From an uncultured Chitinophaga sp. (GTDB lineage: Bacteria > Bacteroidota > Bacteroidia > Chitinophagales > Chitinophagaceae): a stretch of 64,000 nt of DNA. The stretch's first letter is position 1. Every line of letters starts with the position of its first letter. The stretch lies in assembly GCA_964453625.1 (NCBI GenBank), contig CAYVSH010000001.1, positions 6,080 through 70,079 of the forward strand, written 5' to 3'. The translations under genes and the position numbers were made by a program. Positions 47,903 to 56,938 of the stretch are shown piece by piece. The notes below the pieces were generated by a model. It had not been told where the DNA came from. It worked only from the letters and a program-made list of their open reading frames with translations, and made no database searches.

Positions 47903-50698
47903 TTATTTCTTGCCGATATTAAAGTCGTATGTAAATCCAACTGTTATTGTGGAACCCGGAGTGTAGGAGCTGAATAACCTGTCGCTTCCGGAGCTGAATG
48001 CTTTTTTGCTGTCTACATTCTCATATAAATAATATGGATTATTCAGTATATCAGACCATGTCAATTTTATCTCGGCCCTGTCTTTCATTATCTTTTTTGC
48101 CAATTGAAGATCAAGTTGGTTGCGGGGTCTTTCATAGATGTCAACAAAATCCAGGTTACCTACCAATGAAAGACGCTGACCTACCCGGTTGTATAAAAGA
48201 GAACCATTCCATCCGGCTTGCTTACTGGTATACTGTAATCCAACATTAGCGAGGTAAGGAGACTGCCCCTGCAATGGGCGGCTAACAGAAGAAGTTTGTC
48301 CTCCTGCAGAAGTGGTAGCCAACTGTACTTTTGAAAAACTGTAGGTAAGGTTAGCAAATACACTGAAGTTTTCCAGGTCCTTATCAACAAAATCAAGATT
48401 CTTTCTTACTTCAAACTCGGCTCCTAATGTGTAAGCATTTTCAACATTGCTGTAACCATAATTCCTTCTGTCTAACACACTGGAAGGATCAAGCCGTAAT
48501 TCAATCGGGTCATCAAAATACTTATAAAAGACACCAACTGTAATGGCTTCTCCCCCTTTTGGATAAAATTCATAACGAATATCACCGTTCAGAATAGATG
48601 TTCTTTTCAAATCTGTATTACCATTTACACCATAGTTTGCCTCATAATCGAAGAAAGAGAATGGTGCGATTTCCCTGAACTCAGGTCTTGCAACCGTACG
48701 GCTGGCTGCTACCCGGATGCTGTTTTTGAAATTTGGTGACAGTGTAAAATTGAAAGAAGGCAGTACGTCCCATTTTTCAGTATGTACAATAATTCTTTTT
48801 GATGTTACATCTTTCGTAGTAAGGAATTGCTGAAAATTCTCCACTCTTATACCCCATACCAATCGAATCTTTTCACTAAACTTGTTGTCAAACATTCCAT
48901 ACATACCGTTTAGTATAGATACACCAAAATATTTATCCTGGTTATTTGTAAAATCATTCAGCACAAATCCATCATTGGAAATATTTTCCTGAGCAAAGAT
49001 CTGGTCGAAAGGTAATTGAGCTTTGCTGGCATCAAACTGTGTTGGCGAAGCCGGCTGATACTGGAAAATGCGGCTGCGGAAATCCCTTATACGGATCAAC
49101 GTAGAGCCACCAGCCTTGAACGATTGTTTATTCTTACTCATGGTAAACGGAATTGTGATATTCCCATTTGCACCATAACTAAAGTCTTTTAAGTCGCTGA
49201 AAAAACGACGGGTGTCATCATCATTATATTCAAAAGGGGTGTTAGTTCCTTTGGGACGATTATAGGAAACCGTACGAAGGTCAGGCTGTGTTTTCCAGTT
49301 GTAAGCAAAGTTTCCGTTCCATCTTAATTTGATACCACCTGTTGTAAGCTGGTGATCACCTTCTAATTGTCCGCTGTACAGCAAACGCTGATTCAAAACG
49401 GATGAACGAAAACTAATATCCTGGATACGGTCGTTATTAAAACCCCCTCTGGCATAGTAATTATCTTCAAACAACTGATTGAATAAATTCTTGAAAGACA
49501 CTTTATGCTTTCCTTTTACAAAGGAAATATTTGCCAGTGCTCCTGTGTTTACATTGTATTTGTTCTGATTATCTGTTAATGCCACTACCTCTTCACCTGT
49601 TTGTTCATGCAATTTTCTTTGCACATCGTATTTCAGCATGCTGTTACGATACTGAACTGAAAGGATTGTGCCCAGCACACCTCCATTCTTAAATCTTGAG
49701 CTTTTGCCCCAGGTAATGCTATAAGTCTGTGTTGGCAATGCAGTATTGTTCACCTGCCTGTACACATCGCTGTTCAACAACCTGCTCCAGGCAATTCTTT
49801 GTTCAGTTGTACCACTACGGTATTCCTGCTGTGTTTTAGGAAATCCGACAGGAAGTTTTCTTGTTTTATCATCAAAACCCAGCCAATCTGTACCATTTCG
49901 TTCATTGCTGATGAAATCCTGAAAGACAGACTGTGTGTTAAAACCAAAGCCAACACTTACTGACAACAGGTCTCTTGTTGGAACATCTTTTGTGTTGATC
50001 TGTATTAAACCACCGGCAAATTCTCCGGGCAAATCCGGAGTTGCTGTTTTATTAATGATAATATTATCAACGAGAGAAGATGGAATGACATCAAAAGAAA
50101 AAGCTTTCTTGTCAGGTTCAGTACTTGGTAACTGTGCATTATTTATTACAGCAGCATTATAACGATCGCTTAATCCACGAACTATCACAAACTTTCCGTC
50201 CTGAATGCTGGCTCCGCTTACTCTTTTCAATACTTCACCAGTGTTCTTATCCGGAGTGCGGCGAATAAAATCGGCTGCCAATCCACTTGATAATGCTGTG
50301 TTATTCTTTTGAAATGAAAGCAGTGCTGAAGTATTCTCCTGCCTCCTTGAAGTTGTTCTGATCACAACATTCTCAAGGCTTGATTTATCCGTTAATACGA
50401 TCTCAATATAATTTTCCTGGTTAACACCAACCTCTACTTCTGAAACATTCTTTGTTTCATAACCAGTATTCGAAACGGTGATAGTATATTTTTTTCCAAC
50501 CTCAAGTTCCAGGTAAAATTTCCCTTCAATATCTGCCTGAGTTTGTTTAGCAGCGCCTTTTACAATTATTGTAGCACCGGGAAGTACTTCGTTTTTAGAA
50601 TTCAATACTTTACCAGAAAGTTTTACAGTTTGGGCTTGCGCAACAGCAAAAAAAGCTACAAAAAGCACTGACAACATTAGCCGCATCCGGAGGTACAT
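47903..50698 (-). CDS. TonB-dependent receptor; start ATG 50698 or 50686
   Basis: LKRVSG....DGKFVIVRGLSDRYN plug, ATPDLPGEFAGG, RPEFREIAPF, terminal YDF. Confidence 0.92.
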   Translation of the reverse strand: MYLRMRLMLSVLFVAFFAVAQAQTVKLSGKVLNSKNEVLPGATIIVKGAAKQTQADIEGKFYLELEVGKKYTITVSNTGYETKNVSEVEVGVNQENYIEIVLTDKSSLENVVIRTTSRRQENTSALLSFQKNNTALSSGLAADFIRRTPDKNTGEVLKRVSGASIQDGKFVIVRGLSDRYNAAVINNAQLPSTEPDKKAFSFDVIPSSLVDNIIINKTATPDLPGEFAGGLIQINTKDVPTRDLLSVSVGFGFNTQSVFQDFISNERNGTDWLGFDDKTRKLPVGFPKTQQEYRSGTTEQRIAWSRLLNSDVYRQVNNTALPTQTYSITWGKSSRFKNGGVLGTILSVQYRNSMLKYDVQRKLHEQTGEEVVALTDNQNKYNVNTGALANISFVKGKHKVSFKNLFNQLFEDNYYARGGFNNDRIQDISFRSSVLNQRLLYSGQLEGDHQLTTGGIKLRWNGNFAYNWKTQPDLRTVSYNRPKGTNTPFEYNDDDTRRFFSDLKDFSYGANGNITIPFTMSKNKQSFKAGGSTLIRIRDFRSRIFQYQPASPTQFDASKAQLPFDQIFAQENISNDGFVLNDFTNNQDKYFGVSILNGMYGMFDNKFSEKIRLVWGIRVENFQQFLTTKDVTSKRIIVHTEKWDVLPSFNFTLSPNFKNSIRVAASRTVARPEFREIAPFSFFDYEANYGVNGNTDLKRTSILNGDIRYEFYPKGGEAITVGVFYKYFDDPIELRLDPSSVLDRRNYGYSNVENAYTLGAEFEVRKNLDFVDKDLENFSVFANLTYSFSKVQLATTSAGGQTSSVSRPLQGQSPYLANVGLQYTSKQAGWNGSLLYNRVGQRLSLVGNLDFVDIYERPRNQLDLQLAKKIMKDRAEIKLTWSDILNNPYYLYENVDSKKAFSSGSDRLFSSYTPGSTITVGFTYDFNIGKK

Positions 50699-50734
50699 AA
50701 GCAATATTATTTGCCCGCAAAGGTGTGCCCCGGA

Positions 50735-50761
50735 AGTTAACAGCATGTTACATACATGTTA
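50735..50761 (-). promoter_or_regulatory. Pho-box-like array facing the TonB receptor (3 units)
   Basis: Minus strand TAACA-N6-TAACA-N6-TAACT, then CACCTTTG (-7-like) 9 nt downstream. Confidence 0.65.
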
Positions 50762-50798
50762 AGCAATTATGACCATTGCCTGTTATTCTTTGATTTGT

Positions 50799-50847
50799 TT
50801 ACACAAGGGTAACAATGTCTTAATATGAATTTGACATTTTGATAATA
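50799..50847 (+). promoter_or_regulatory. Pho-box-like array (5 units, 11-bp period)
   Basis: TTACA-N6-TAACA-N6-TAATA-N6-TGACA-N6-TAATA, then AATATTTG (-7-like) 9 nt downstream. Confidence 0.7.
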
Positions 50848-50926
50848 CAATCCATCAATATTTGTATCCGTAATAATAATTACGAAAAAAAGGCCCCAGA
50901 TAAGGCATATATTATCTTTTAATTGC

Positions 50927-50956
50927 AAAGCCCTGGTAATCTTACCGGGGCTTTTT
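50927..50956 (+). terminator. Intrinsic terminator upstream of the porin gene
   Basis: AAAGCCCTGGTAA-TC-TTACCGGGGCTTTTT. Confidence 0.75.
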
Positions 50957-50962
50957 GTGAGT

Positions 50963-50978
50963 TAACAATTTGGTAATA
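50963..50978 (+). promoter_or_regulatory. Pho-box-like pair upstream of the porin
   Basis: TAACA-N6-TAATA. Confidence 0.5.
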
Positions 50979-51043
50979 CAGATAAATCCTACCTCCTTTT
51001 AAATTACCCCACATTTGCAACGCAATTAAAAGATTCCCTGACA

Positions 51044-52267
51044 ATGCGTATTATATGCCTGACCCTTATTGGGGTCTTTCTATCATTTATTGAAATTAAA
51101 GCCCAGGATACTCTCAAAAATGAAGTGATAAGCACCGCCCAAAAAGGCGAGAAAAAGAAATGGTATGAGAACTTTTCAATAAGAGGGTATATGCAGGTAC
51201 GGTATAACAGGTTGCTTGAAACTAATGAGAACTTACAATGTGAACAATGCGACAGATCTATTGGTAAAGGGGGCGGCATTTTCATTCGCAGGGGCCGTAT
51301 CATTATTAGCGGTTATATACACAACAGAGTATTTTTTTACATTCAGCCAGATTTTGGTAGTAGTGCTGGAAACACCTTGAATATTTTTCAGCTAAGAGAT
51401 GCATATGTAGACCTTTCATTGGACAAAAAAAATGAATTCAGGATACGAATTGGCCAAAGTAAAGTACCCTTTGGATTTGAAAATTTGCAAAGTAGTCAGA
51501 ATCGATTACCGCTTGATCGGAATGACGGACTTAATAGTGCATTATCAAATGAAAGAGACTTAGGTGCTTTTTTTTACTGGGCACCGGCAAAAACAAGAGA
51601 GCTTTTTAGCACATTCGTAAGAGACAACCTGAAAGGCTCCGGAGATTATGGTGTTTTTGCTTTCGGTGTTTTTAATGGTCAAACGGCTAATCGTCCAGAG
51701 CAGAATAAAAATATGCATGTGGTTTCAAGGCTAAGCTATCCAATAGAAATAGGAAACCAAATCATTGAGCCGGGTATTCAGGCTTATTCGGGTAAATATG
51801 TGGTAGCAGCAGAACAAAGAAGCCCAACTGTAAAAGGTCCGGCAAATTTTGAATTTAAAGATGAAAGGGTCGCTGCCAGTTTTGTTTTGTATCCAAAACC
51901 TTTTGGTATTCTCACGGAGTATAACTGGGGCAAAGGCCCGGAATATAATCCAGCTACCGATTCAATAGAAACAAAAAAACTACATGGTGGCTTCGTCACA
52001 GCCACGATGCGCATCGAAGGGAAAAAAGAATGGATATTCTTTCCCTACATCCGTTTACAACAATACAATGGGGGCAAAAAGCATGAACTGGATGCCCGCA
52101 GATATATTGTCAAAGAGGCTGAAGGAGGCGTTGAGTGGCAATTAAATAAATATTTTGAATTAACGGCGTCTTACGTAATTTCAAACAGGAGATTTGAAGA
52201 CCTCAGAAAAAAGAATAATCAACAAAAAGGAAACTTTCTTCGTTTACAGGCACAATTAAATTTTTAA
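51044..52267 (+). CDS. Phosphate-selective porin O/P family protein
   Basis: Signal peptide; IRGYMQVRY, FIRRGR, LRDAY, RIGQSKVPFGFENLQSS, terminal QLNF; pho-gene context. Confidence 0.85.
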   Translation: MRIICLTLIGVFLSFIEIKAQDTLKNEVISTAQKGEKKKWYENFSIRGYMQVRYNRLLETNENLQCEQCDRSIGKGGGIFIRRGRIIISGYIHNRVFFYIQPDFGSSAGNTLNIFQLRDAYVDLSLDKKNEFRIRIGQSKVPFGFENLQSSQNRLPLDRNDGLNSALSNERDLGAFFYWAPAKTRELFSTFVRDNLKGSGDYGVFAFGVFNGQTANRPEQNKNMHVVSRLSYPIEIGNQIIEPGIQAYSGKYVVAAEQRSPTVKGPANFEFKDERVAASFVLYPKPFGILTEYNWGKGPEYNPATDSIETKKLHGGFVTATMRIEGKKEWIFFPYIRLQQYNGGKKHELDARRYIVKEAEGGVEWQLNKYFELTASYVISNRRFEDLRKKNNQQKGNFLRLQAQLNF

Positions 52268-52286
52268 CCAAATCAATTAATCAATC

Positions 52287-52934
52287 ATGGCACTTCAATC
52301 CTTTCTCAAAATCTTCATGCCGAAGAATAAAGTATTTTATGAGCTTTTTGAAAAAGTAGCCAACAATGTTGCTAAGATGGGTACTATTTTGAAAGCAGTT
52401 ATCGAAGAGCCGGAATTTGACAAACGAGCTGCGCTTATAAATAAACTGGAAGACCTTGAACATGCAAATGATGAGCTAACACATAATCTGTTTACTGAAT
52501 TAGGCAGAAACTTTATTACTCCGTTTGACAGAGAAGATATACATTATCTTGCCACTTCATTAGATGATATTGCTGACTACATCTATGCAGCCGGTAAAAA
52601 AATAAACTTCTATCATGTAAATCCGAATGATACCGGTATGCAAAAATTTGCAGAGCTGATAGAACAGGGAGCTGAGCAGGTAAGAATTGCTGTTACGGAA
52701 CTGAGGGATATGAAAAATATGCGGAACATTACTGAAGCCCTTGTAAAGATCAACAGTATCGAAAACCAGGCAGATGATGTATTTGATTTTAGTATTGAAA
52801 GTCTGTTTGCGAATGAGCCTGATGCCAAAGAAGTGATCAAGAAAAGAGAAATATACCAGGTAATGGAAATCATTACGGATAAATGTGAAGATGCCAGCAA
52901 TGTGATCGAGTCTATCATAATTAAATACGCATAA
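52287..52934 (+). CDS. DUF47 (PhoU-like) PiT accessory protein
   Basis: LEHAND, FITPFDREDI..LA.SLDDIAD, IENQAD, DKCEDASN. Confidence 0.93.
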   Translation: MALQSFLKIFMPKNKVFYELFEKVANNVAKMGTILKAVIEEPEFDKRAALINKLEDLEHANDELTHNLFTELGRNFITPFDREDIHYLATSLDDIADYIYAAGKKINFYHVNPNDTGMQKFAELIEQGAEQVRIAVTELRDMKNMRNITEALVKINSIENQADDVFDFSIESLFANEPDAKEVIKKREIYQVMEIITDKCEDASNVIESIIIKYA

Positions 52935-53005
52935 CCCCATTTTGTAATTAGCCATTTGGATGAAGTGATCTTGTCATCGCATCCAATAGCATATTTGCTC
53001 ATTTT

Positions 53006-54217
53006 ATGACACCTTTTCTCATTACCATTATAGTACTGGCTCTCATCTTTGACTATATCAATGGGTTTCATGATGCGGCCAACTCTATTGCAACTGTAGT
53101 ATCTACAAAAGTGCTCACACCTTTTCAGGCTGTATTATGGGCAGCTGTTTTTAACTCTGTTGCATACTTCATATTTAAAGATCATGGCGTAGCCGATACA
53201 GTAGCAAAAACAGTTCATCCCAACGAAATTGACGGGGGCAAAATGATGGTCGTTATTTTCTCTGGTTTAATTGCAGCCATCATTTGGAACCTGCTTACCT
53301 GGTGGCTGGGTATACCTTCATCGTCATCTCATACGCTGATAGGTGGATTTGCCGGTGCTGCAATTGCCAGTGGTGGTTTTGCAGCAGTAAACTCTACTGT
53401 TGTTATCAAGACAGCTAGTTTTATCTTTTTAGCCCCATTGGTAGGTATGCTGATGGCCTTTATCATGTCGCTGTGGTTCCTTAGTTCTTTTAAAAAAGGC
53501 TTTAGTTCTAAAATATTTTCAATTTGTATTCTTGTCATCGTTGCACTGTTCCTTACCTTCAAATTAGAATTTAATCAGGAAATTCTTGCCAAGAAAACGG
53601 ATTACGAGAGCTACATCAACCAGGTGATCTTTTATTCAAAGAATTTTAAATGGTTATTACTTGCCTTAATACTTGTTGTGATGGCCGTTTTTGCATTATA
53701 TCTCAGCACACTGAATACTCATAAATCAAATCAATGGTTTAAGCGTTTGCAATTAATATCTTCTGCGGCATTCAGTATTGGTCATGGTGGAAACGATGCA
53801 CAAAAAGTGATGGGTATTATTACTGCTGCGCTAATCGCAGGAGGAACAATTACTGAGTTTTCACAAATGCCGGATTGGGTGCCAGTTACTTGTTATGTTG
53901 CCATAGGATTGGGAACTATGAGTGGTGGCTGGAAAATTGTAAAGACAATGGGAACCAAGATCACAAAAGTTACACCATTTGAAGGAGTTGCAGCCGAAAC
54001 TGCCGGTGCTATTACATTATTCATGACTGAAGCATTAAAAATTCCAGTTAGTACTACCCATACCATCACAGGAGCTATAATGGGTGTAGGTGCCACAAAA
54101 AGGTTATCTGCAGTAAGATGGGGGGTTACCATCAATCTTATATGGGCCTGGATACTTACAATTCCTGTGAGTGCATTATTAGCAGCAGGTGTATATTACA
54201 TTGCCATTCTTTTTTAA
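53006..54217 (+). CDS. Inorganic phosphate transporter (PiT family)
   Basis: NGFHDAANSIAT, GIPSSSSH, HGGNDAQK, PVSTTH, AVRWGV. Confidence 0.95.
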   Translation: MTPFLITIIVLALIFDYINGFHDAANSIATVVSTKVLTPFQAVLWAAVFNSVAYFIFKDHGVADTVAKTVHPNEIDGGKMMVVIFSGLIAAIIWNLLTWWLGIPSSSSHTLIGGFAGAAIASGGFAAVNSTVVIKTASFIFLAPLVGMLMAFIMSLWFLSSFKKGFSSKIFSICILVIVALFLTFKLEFNQEILAKKTDYESYINQVIFYSKNFKWLLLALILVVMAVFALYLSTLNTHKSNQWFKRLQLISSAAFSIGHGGNDAQKVMGIITAALIAGGTITEFSQMPDWVPVTCYVAIGLGTMSGGWKIVKTMGTKITKVTPFEGVAAETAGAITLFMTEALKIPVSTTHTITGAIMGVGATKRLSAVRWGVTINLIWAWILTIPVSALLAAGVYYIAILF

Positions 54218-54237
54218 ATAATATTAATCGTTAGCAT

Positions 54238-54268
54238 AAAAATCCTGACTTTTGTCGGGATTTTTTTT
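54238..54268 (+). terminator. Intrinsic terminator after the porin-DUF47-PiT operon
   Basis: AAAAATCCTGAC-TTTT-GTCGGGATTTTTTTT. Confidence 0.8.
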
Positions 54269-55324
54269 ATGCATAAAATATTAGTAACTGGCGGCTGTGG
54301 TTATATAGGTTCTCACACTATTGTGGATCTGATCGAAAACGGGTATGAAGTAATTTCTGTTGATAACAATTCCCGTTCGAACCCGGTTATCCTGAATGGT
54401 ATTGAACAGATAACAGGCAAGAAGATCAAAAACTACAAAGTTGATCTTTGTAACTATGATGACACTTTTGCTATATTCCTTGAGAATACAGACATAACCG
54501 GTGTAATCCATTTTGCAGCTTATAAATCGGTAGAAGAATCTGTTCAAAATCCATTATTATATTTTGAAAATAATCTCAACTCGCTGATCAATCTTTTAAA
54601 ATGTGTACAGGAATTCAAGGTGCCTCATTTTGTTTTTTCATCATCCTGTACTGTATATGGCAACCCTGATGAAATTCCGGTAACAGAAAAAACACCTTTG
54701 AAAACAGCAGAGTCGCCATATGGGCTTACCAAACAAATGTGTGAGCAGATAGTACATGAATTTGTAAAAAGTAGCGGTATCAGTTCAGTATTGCTCCGCT
54801 ACTTTAATCCTGCCGGTGCACATCCATCCATACGAATCGGAGAAATGCCCATTGGTAAACCTGCCAACCTTGTACCCGTAATTACTCAAACAGCAATAGG
54901 TCGAATACAAAAAATGAATGTACACGGAACTGATTATCCTACAAGAGATGGCTCCTGTGTAAGAGATTATATCCATGTAAGCGATTTGGCACATGCCCAC
55001 ACTTTAGCTTTAGCATTTCTTGCAGATGGGAATAATAAAAGTGTATGTGATATTTTCAATCTAGGAACAGGAACTGGTGTCACTGTTCTTGAAGCCATCC
55101 AGGCATTTGAAAAAGTAAGCGGTGTAAAACTAAACTACGAAACAGGGCCGAGAAGACCAGGTGATGTTATAGCCATTTATGCCAATAATAACCTCGCTAA
55201 AGAACAACTTGGATGGACTTTGCAATATTCATTAGATGATATGATGAGAACAGCCTGGAAATGGGAATTGCTGCTAAAAGCTGACGAGACCGTTTTTACC
55301 AGTCAACCGGGAGAGTTGAATTAG
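54269..55324 (+). CDS. galE: UDP-glucose 4-epimerase
   Basis: TGGCGYIGSH, HFAAYKSV, FSSSCTVYG, PYGLTK, LRYFNP, RDYIHV. Confidence 0.97.
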   Translation: MHKILVTGGCGYIGSHTIVDLIENGYEVISVDNNSRSNPVILNGIEQITGKKIKNYKVDLCNYDDTFAIFLENTDITGVIHFAAYKSVEESVQNPLLYFENNLNSLINLLKCVQEFKVPHFVFSSSCTVYGNPDEIPVTEKTPLKTAESPYGLTKQMCEQIVHEFVKSSGISSVLLRYFNPAGAHPSIRIGEMPIGKPANLVPVITQTAIGRIQKMNVHGTDYPTRDGSCVRDYIHVSDLAHAHTLALAFLADGNNKSVCDIFNLGTGTGVTVLEAIQAFEKVSGVKLNYETGPRRPGDVIAIYANNNLAKEQLGWTLQYSLDDMMRTAWKWELLLKADETVFTSQPGELN

Positions 55325-55334
55325 GTAGAGACTA

Positions 55335-55362
55335 ATTGGCAAGAGACAACTGGCAAGAGGGA
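55335..55362. repeat. Left heptamer array flanking the four-helix-bundle gene
   Basis: ATTGGCA AGAGACA ACTGGCA AGAGGGA. Confidence 0.65.
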
Positions 55363-55394
55363 ACCGATAAATTGATAAATCAATACAAAGTTTT

Positions 55395-55760
55395 ATGGCT
55401 GCTATTAATGTAAAACAAACAAAAGTTTACAAGCTGGCTTTTGAATTGGCAATGGAGATATTCGAACTCACTAAAAAGTTTCCCAAAGAAGAAACTTATT
55501 CCCTTACAGATCAAATCAGAAGGTCTTCAAGAAGTGTTTGCATAAATCTCATTGAAGCTTACAGAAAGAAACGCTCCCCGGCACATTTTGTATCGAAAGT
55601 TACTGATAGCGATATGGAAAACTCAGAAACCTCCGGTTGGTTGGACTTTTCCTTGTCTTGCAAGTACATCGAAATCAATCAACACTCAAATCTGACACTC
55701 AAAAACGAAGAGATTGGAAGGTTGTTAAATCACATGATAAACAACCCCGATAAATATTAA
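55395..55760 (+). CDS. Four helix bundle protein (23S rRNA IVP-like / TIGR02436-type)
   Basis: VYKLAF.LAMEIF...FPKEETYSLTDQIRRSSRSV..NL.EAY.K, SDMENSET..W. Confidence 0.93.
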   Translation: MAAINVKQTKVYKLAFELAMEIFELTKKFPKEETYSLTDQIRRSSRSVCINLIEAYRKKRSPAHFVSKVTDSDMENSETSGWLDFSLSCKYIEINQHSNLTLKNEEIGRLLNHMINNPDKY

Positions 55761-55771
55761 TTATAAAATTT

Positions 55772-55820
55772 TACCCATTGCAAATTGACTGTTGTCTATT
55801 GCTTATTGCCTATTGAACCT
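55772..55820. repeat. Right heptamer array (inverted relative to the left)
   Basis: TACCCAT TGCAAAT TGACTGT TGTCTAT TGCTTAT TGCCTAT TGAACCT; reverse complement gives ATAGGCA, ATAGACA etc., matching the left consensus ANNGRCA. Confidence 0.7.
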
Positions 55821-55828
55821 TACTTTTG
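55821..55828 (+). promoter_or_regulatory. -7 box (TACTTTTG) for the transketolase gene
   Basis: TAnnTTTG match 19 nt before the ATG. Confidence 0.55.
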
Positions 55829-55847
55829 CCCCACTTAAAACAACAGC

Positions 55848-56813
55848 ATGTTATTAAAGGAAATTCAATCAACAGGAAATAAAGATACCCGCAGCGGATT
55901 TGGTGATGGAATAGTAGCAGCAGCAAGAAAAAACTCAAATATAGTTGCATTAACTGCTGACCTGGCCGGTTCATTGAAACTGAACCAGTTCATGAAAGAA
56001 TTCCCGGAACGTTATATACAAGTTGGTATTGCTGAAGCCAATATGATGGGTATTGCTGCTGGTTTAACAATTGGAGGAAAGATCCCATACACTACAACAT
56101 TTGCTAACTTTTCTACCGGCAGGGTTTATGACCAGATAAGACAATCTATTGCATACAGTGGTAAGAATGTAAAAATATGTGCTTCACATGCAGGCCTTAC
56201 ATTAGGAGAAGATGGAGCCACACACCAGATATTAGAAGATATTGGTTTGATGAAAATGTTGCCGGGCATGACAGTGATCGTTCCCTGTGATTACGCACAA
56301 ACAAAAGCAGCAACAGAAGCAATAGCGGATTACCAAGGTCCTGTTTATTTACGTTTCGGAAGACCCGTATGGCCCATATTTACCAAAGAAGAAGATTTCA
56401 AAATTGGTAAAGCACAACATTTCTCTGAGGGATCAGATGTTACCATTTTTGCCTGTGGTCATTTGGTCTGGAATGCGATTCAGGCCGGTGCCATTTTACA
56501 GGAAAAAGGTGTTAGTGTAGAAGTGATAAACATTCATACCATCAAACCTTTGGATGAAGAAGCTGTGCTGGCATCTATCAAAAAAACAAAATGTGCCGTA
56601 ACTGCTGAAGAACATAATATCATTGGCGGTTTAGGTGATGCCATAGCTCAATGCTCATCTAAGAATTTCCCGATACCAATCGAATATGTCGGCACGAAAG
56701 ACACTTTTGGTGAAAGTGGCAAACCAGTTGAGTTGCTGAAAAAGTATGGATTAGATGTATCTGATATTGTAACAGCAGCGGAAAAGGCAATAAACCGTAA
56801 GAAAAACAGTTAA
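55848..56813 (+). CDS. Transketolase, C-terminal (pyrimidine-binding) subunit
   Basis: GIAEANM, HAG..GEDG.THQ, EEHNIIGGLG, DTFGESG. Confidence 0.95.
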   Translation: MLLKEIQSTGNKDTRSGFGDGIVAAARKNSNIVALTADLAGSLKLNQFMKEFPERYIQVGIAEANMMGIAAGLTIGGKIPYTTTFANFSTGRVYDQIRQSIAYSGKNVKICASHAGLTLGEDGATHQILEDIGLMKMLPGMTVIVPCDYAQTKAATEAIADYQGPVYLRFGRPVWPIFTKEEDFKIGKAQHFSEGSDVTIFACGHLVWNAIQAGAILQEKGVSVEVINIHTIKPLDEEAVLASIKKTKCAVTAEEHNIIGGLGDAIAQCSSKNFPIPIEYVGTKDTFGESGKPVELLKKYGLDVSDIVTAAEKAINRKKNS

Positions 56814-56835
56814 TAGAATGTTTTAAAGTAATAGG

Positions 56836-56867
56836 GCAGGTTCTTTTAATATTGGACCTGCTTTTTT
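56836..56867 (+). terminator. Intrinsic terminator
   Basis: GCAGGTT / GACCTGC stem then TTTTTT. Confidence 0.6.
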
Positions 56868-56938
56868 ATTTTTATTGCTGAAAGAAGTTTAACTAAACAG
56901 GTATCCACTATTCTAAACGAACCAACGACCTTTAATTA

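Noticed and set aside
55395-55760. Four-helix-bundle gene as the Avd of a DGR or as a sign of an rRNA IVS
   Set aside because: No reverse transcriptase, template repeat or rRNA sequence is present in the window.
55848-56813. Transketolase C-half without the N-half
   Set aside because: Split, unlinked transketolase halves are common in Bacteroidota, so this is not a pseudogene signal.
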